A stretch of DNA of 63,610 nt, counting the filler, from Octopus bimaculoides (taxonomy: Eukaryota): the NCBI RefSeq assembly GCF_001194135.2. It is 5 parts of 5 records of this genome, joined end to end, with 100 filler letters (N's around TTAATTAATTAA, not from the genome) between each part and the next. Parts side by side here need not be neighbours in the genome. Positions count along the whole stretch, not along the records: positions 53,424 to 63,610 come from NC_068988.1; 4 more parts are not named here. One strand, written 5' to 3'. This document shows positions 61,275-63,610 of this stretch, piece after piece. Made by a program: the position numbers and the translations under genes. The stretch's first letter is position 1, and every line of letters begins with the position of its first letter. A model generated the notes under the pieces. The model saw only the letters and a program-made list of their open reading frames with translations, did not search any database and was not told the origin of the DNA.

Positions 61275-61590
61275 AATTTTTTGAGTCTTATGGGATTCCT
61301 TTCCATAAAGTCACATAACACACCATATGTACAAGTATTATTTTCATATTCGCAGACGTACGCTAGTAAGCTACCAGCAAAATATAAAGAATCTATATTA
61401 GAAATCGTTTTTGGAATCGTCCAAATTAAAGGACGAAATACAATTCAAACCATTACTACATATATTACAAATATTATTATTACCATTATTAATATCATTT
61501 TACACACACACATATATATATATATGNNNNNNNNNNNNNNNNNNNNNNNNNNNNNNNNNNNNNNNNNNNNNNNNNNNNNNNNNNNNNNNN

Positions 61591-61637
<47 letters not shown>

Positions 61638-62268
61638 GTATGTATATGCATGCATATATATATGTGTATATATATATATATATATATGCATATATATATA
61701 TATGAAATTATGTGTGTATCATGTATGCATGCATATATACTTCTTACAAAATTCATTGTAAAGTTATGCCATTAAACAGCATTAGAGTTCACGCGTACTT
61801 CTGACATCTCTAATACGAAAATATAATTTCTTCAGCTATATTGATCTATGTCATGATAAGAGGGAAAATATAGAAAAGAAAACCACTTCTAGAGTAACGA
61901 TCTGGGCATCGATATAATATAATACAAAACGTTATTTAATTAGGTTCTAAAGTTGAATAACATCGAGTTGGGAGGTTAAGCTTTACTGAGAAGTACCTGA
62001 AATGGTTCGGTTTCGATTATTTCGACATATACATACATGCACACATACACATACCCACATACATGCACACATATACATACTCACATATATTCAAATATAT
62101 CGTATATATTTAGATAGATAGATACATAGATAGATGGAGTAATTGATTGTTACATACATATAATATATGTTTGTTTGAATGTACATATATCCTGTTTCTG
62201 AGAATATTTTTATGCATACAAAATGTGTGTGTATATATACATATATATATGTATATATTATATTATAT

Positions 62269-62305
<37 letters not shown>

Positions 62306-62350
62306 TAATATATATATGTATGTATGTATATATGTATAAATATGTGTATG

Positions 62351-62396
<46 letters not shown>

Positions 62397-63414
62397 CACA
62401 CTCAAATGCACAAACATTCATACATACACATATACAGTATACACTCACACATATCCGTTTATTTTCATGCTTAGTTATAATAAGAACAATTTCACATAAG
62501 TCTCGTAGTTTACTCAATGATTTCGTAAAAGGCAAATTTATTATTGTCATACGAGAGTATTGTTGACATATATAAATATATTTATATTTATGCACGAAGT
62601 CGATTAATTTCAACGCTAACATTGTTTCCCACCCCACTATTAAAGATTGAGGATTCAGGGAAGGTATTTCTAACGGAAACACTCCCATCCCAACCCTTTT
62701 TAAAACGCAATGCCTCACGTCCCAAAAATTTACGATCGTTGAACATCATAGATTTCCCCTCGGCGGTTATGAGCTTATTTCTGCGTAGGTGAATGCATGC
62801 ACATATGCGAAAATAAAAGGCGACCGATGATCACCATCGTTAGGTTCTTGAAACGAAACACATTCAGCGAGGTTGTTACAGCACTCGATGCCTTTATTGT
62901 GTAGCACAACTCACATTGTCTGCCTCTTTTGGCCTCGAGAGGGCAGCACGTTTGATCGCTGGAGCTAAACAATGACAGAATTTAACGCAAACTCCGAGGG
63001 AAAACTTCACCTTTAACAAACAATATCGTTTGTTTCTTATTAAGAATGGAAAGCTCCATGTTTGATCTGTCAATAACAATGACACCAAGGAGACTTCTCC
63101 GTTTAAATTGCTACTAAAGTCAATACAGTAAGATCGTTTATTAATATATTTTAGCAGAAATTGTATTAATAATTTGTTTTATAACTCCAATATGGCCAAT
63201 ATGATACAAAGTGTTAAGGTTTCTGAGTTGACAAGCATACAATATTTTTTTACTACAATTTATCATTAAGGTAGTACATCAGTACTATTAGCAAGTGTGT
63301 GATATTTTAATTAAAATTGTAAATTGAAATTGTTTGGTTCATTACGTTACAATTGCAACATTGTCCTTATTAACCGGCCTTTGAGCAGATTAAGTCCCTG
63401 GTTATATTGTCCTC

Positions 63415-63590
63415 GTGGTGGTGCTGGTAGCGGCCCTCGCGGTGGTGGTGGTGGTGGTGGTGGTGATGATGATGATGATGACGATCATGAAGGTGATAGT
63501 AATGATGGCGATGATGATGACGTTGATGAGGGCAATAATGACGATGATGATGGCGATAGCGAAGAAGAGGAGGAGGGGAGGAGGAGGAAT
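63415..63590. repeat. Compound (GGT)n/(GAT)n/(GAG)n trinucleotide field
   Basis: Visible tracts. Confidence 0.9.
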
Positions 63591-63610
63591 CAGATTATGG
63601 TGACGGATCA

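Overview
Draft-assembly eukaryotic DNA. It is AT-rich and microsatellite-dense, with many N gaps, and is almost certainly non-coding (intronic or intergenic). The repeat families and microsatellite load suggest a coleoid cephalopod, probably Octopus; this is inferred from recognition, not verified. No intact host gene, tRNA, rRNA or CRISPR array is supported. Nearly all ORFs in the supplied track are microsatellite translations or run through N gaps. The window is a transposable-element graveyard. It holds the 5' end of an Hsmar1-like mariner with an open frame and TIR at the left edge, about 30 tRNA-derived SINE copies of 3-4 families, and L1/Tx1, RTE and R4/Dong-type LINE fragments. It also holds a Penelope fragment with a clean internal inversion, an internally deleted Ty3/gypsy element nested in a tandem pair of piggyBac-type MITEs, DD37D mariner remnants and several long palindromic MITEs. 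The most interesting signals are two minimal type-I hammerhead ribozyme motifs in Penelope-like termini, at 41784-41820 (+) and 42999-43044 (-). The first carries a non-canonical CUGUUGA core. Boundaries of degenerate repeats are approximate (tens of bp). All family assignments come from visual motif recognition, with no database search.
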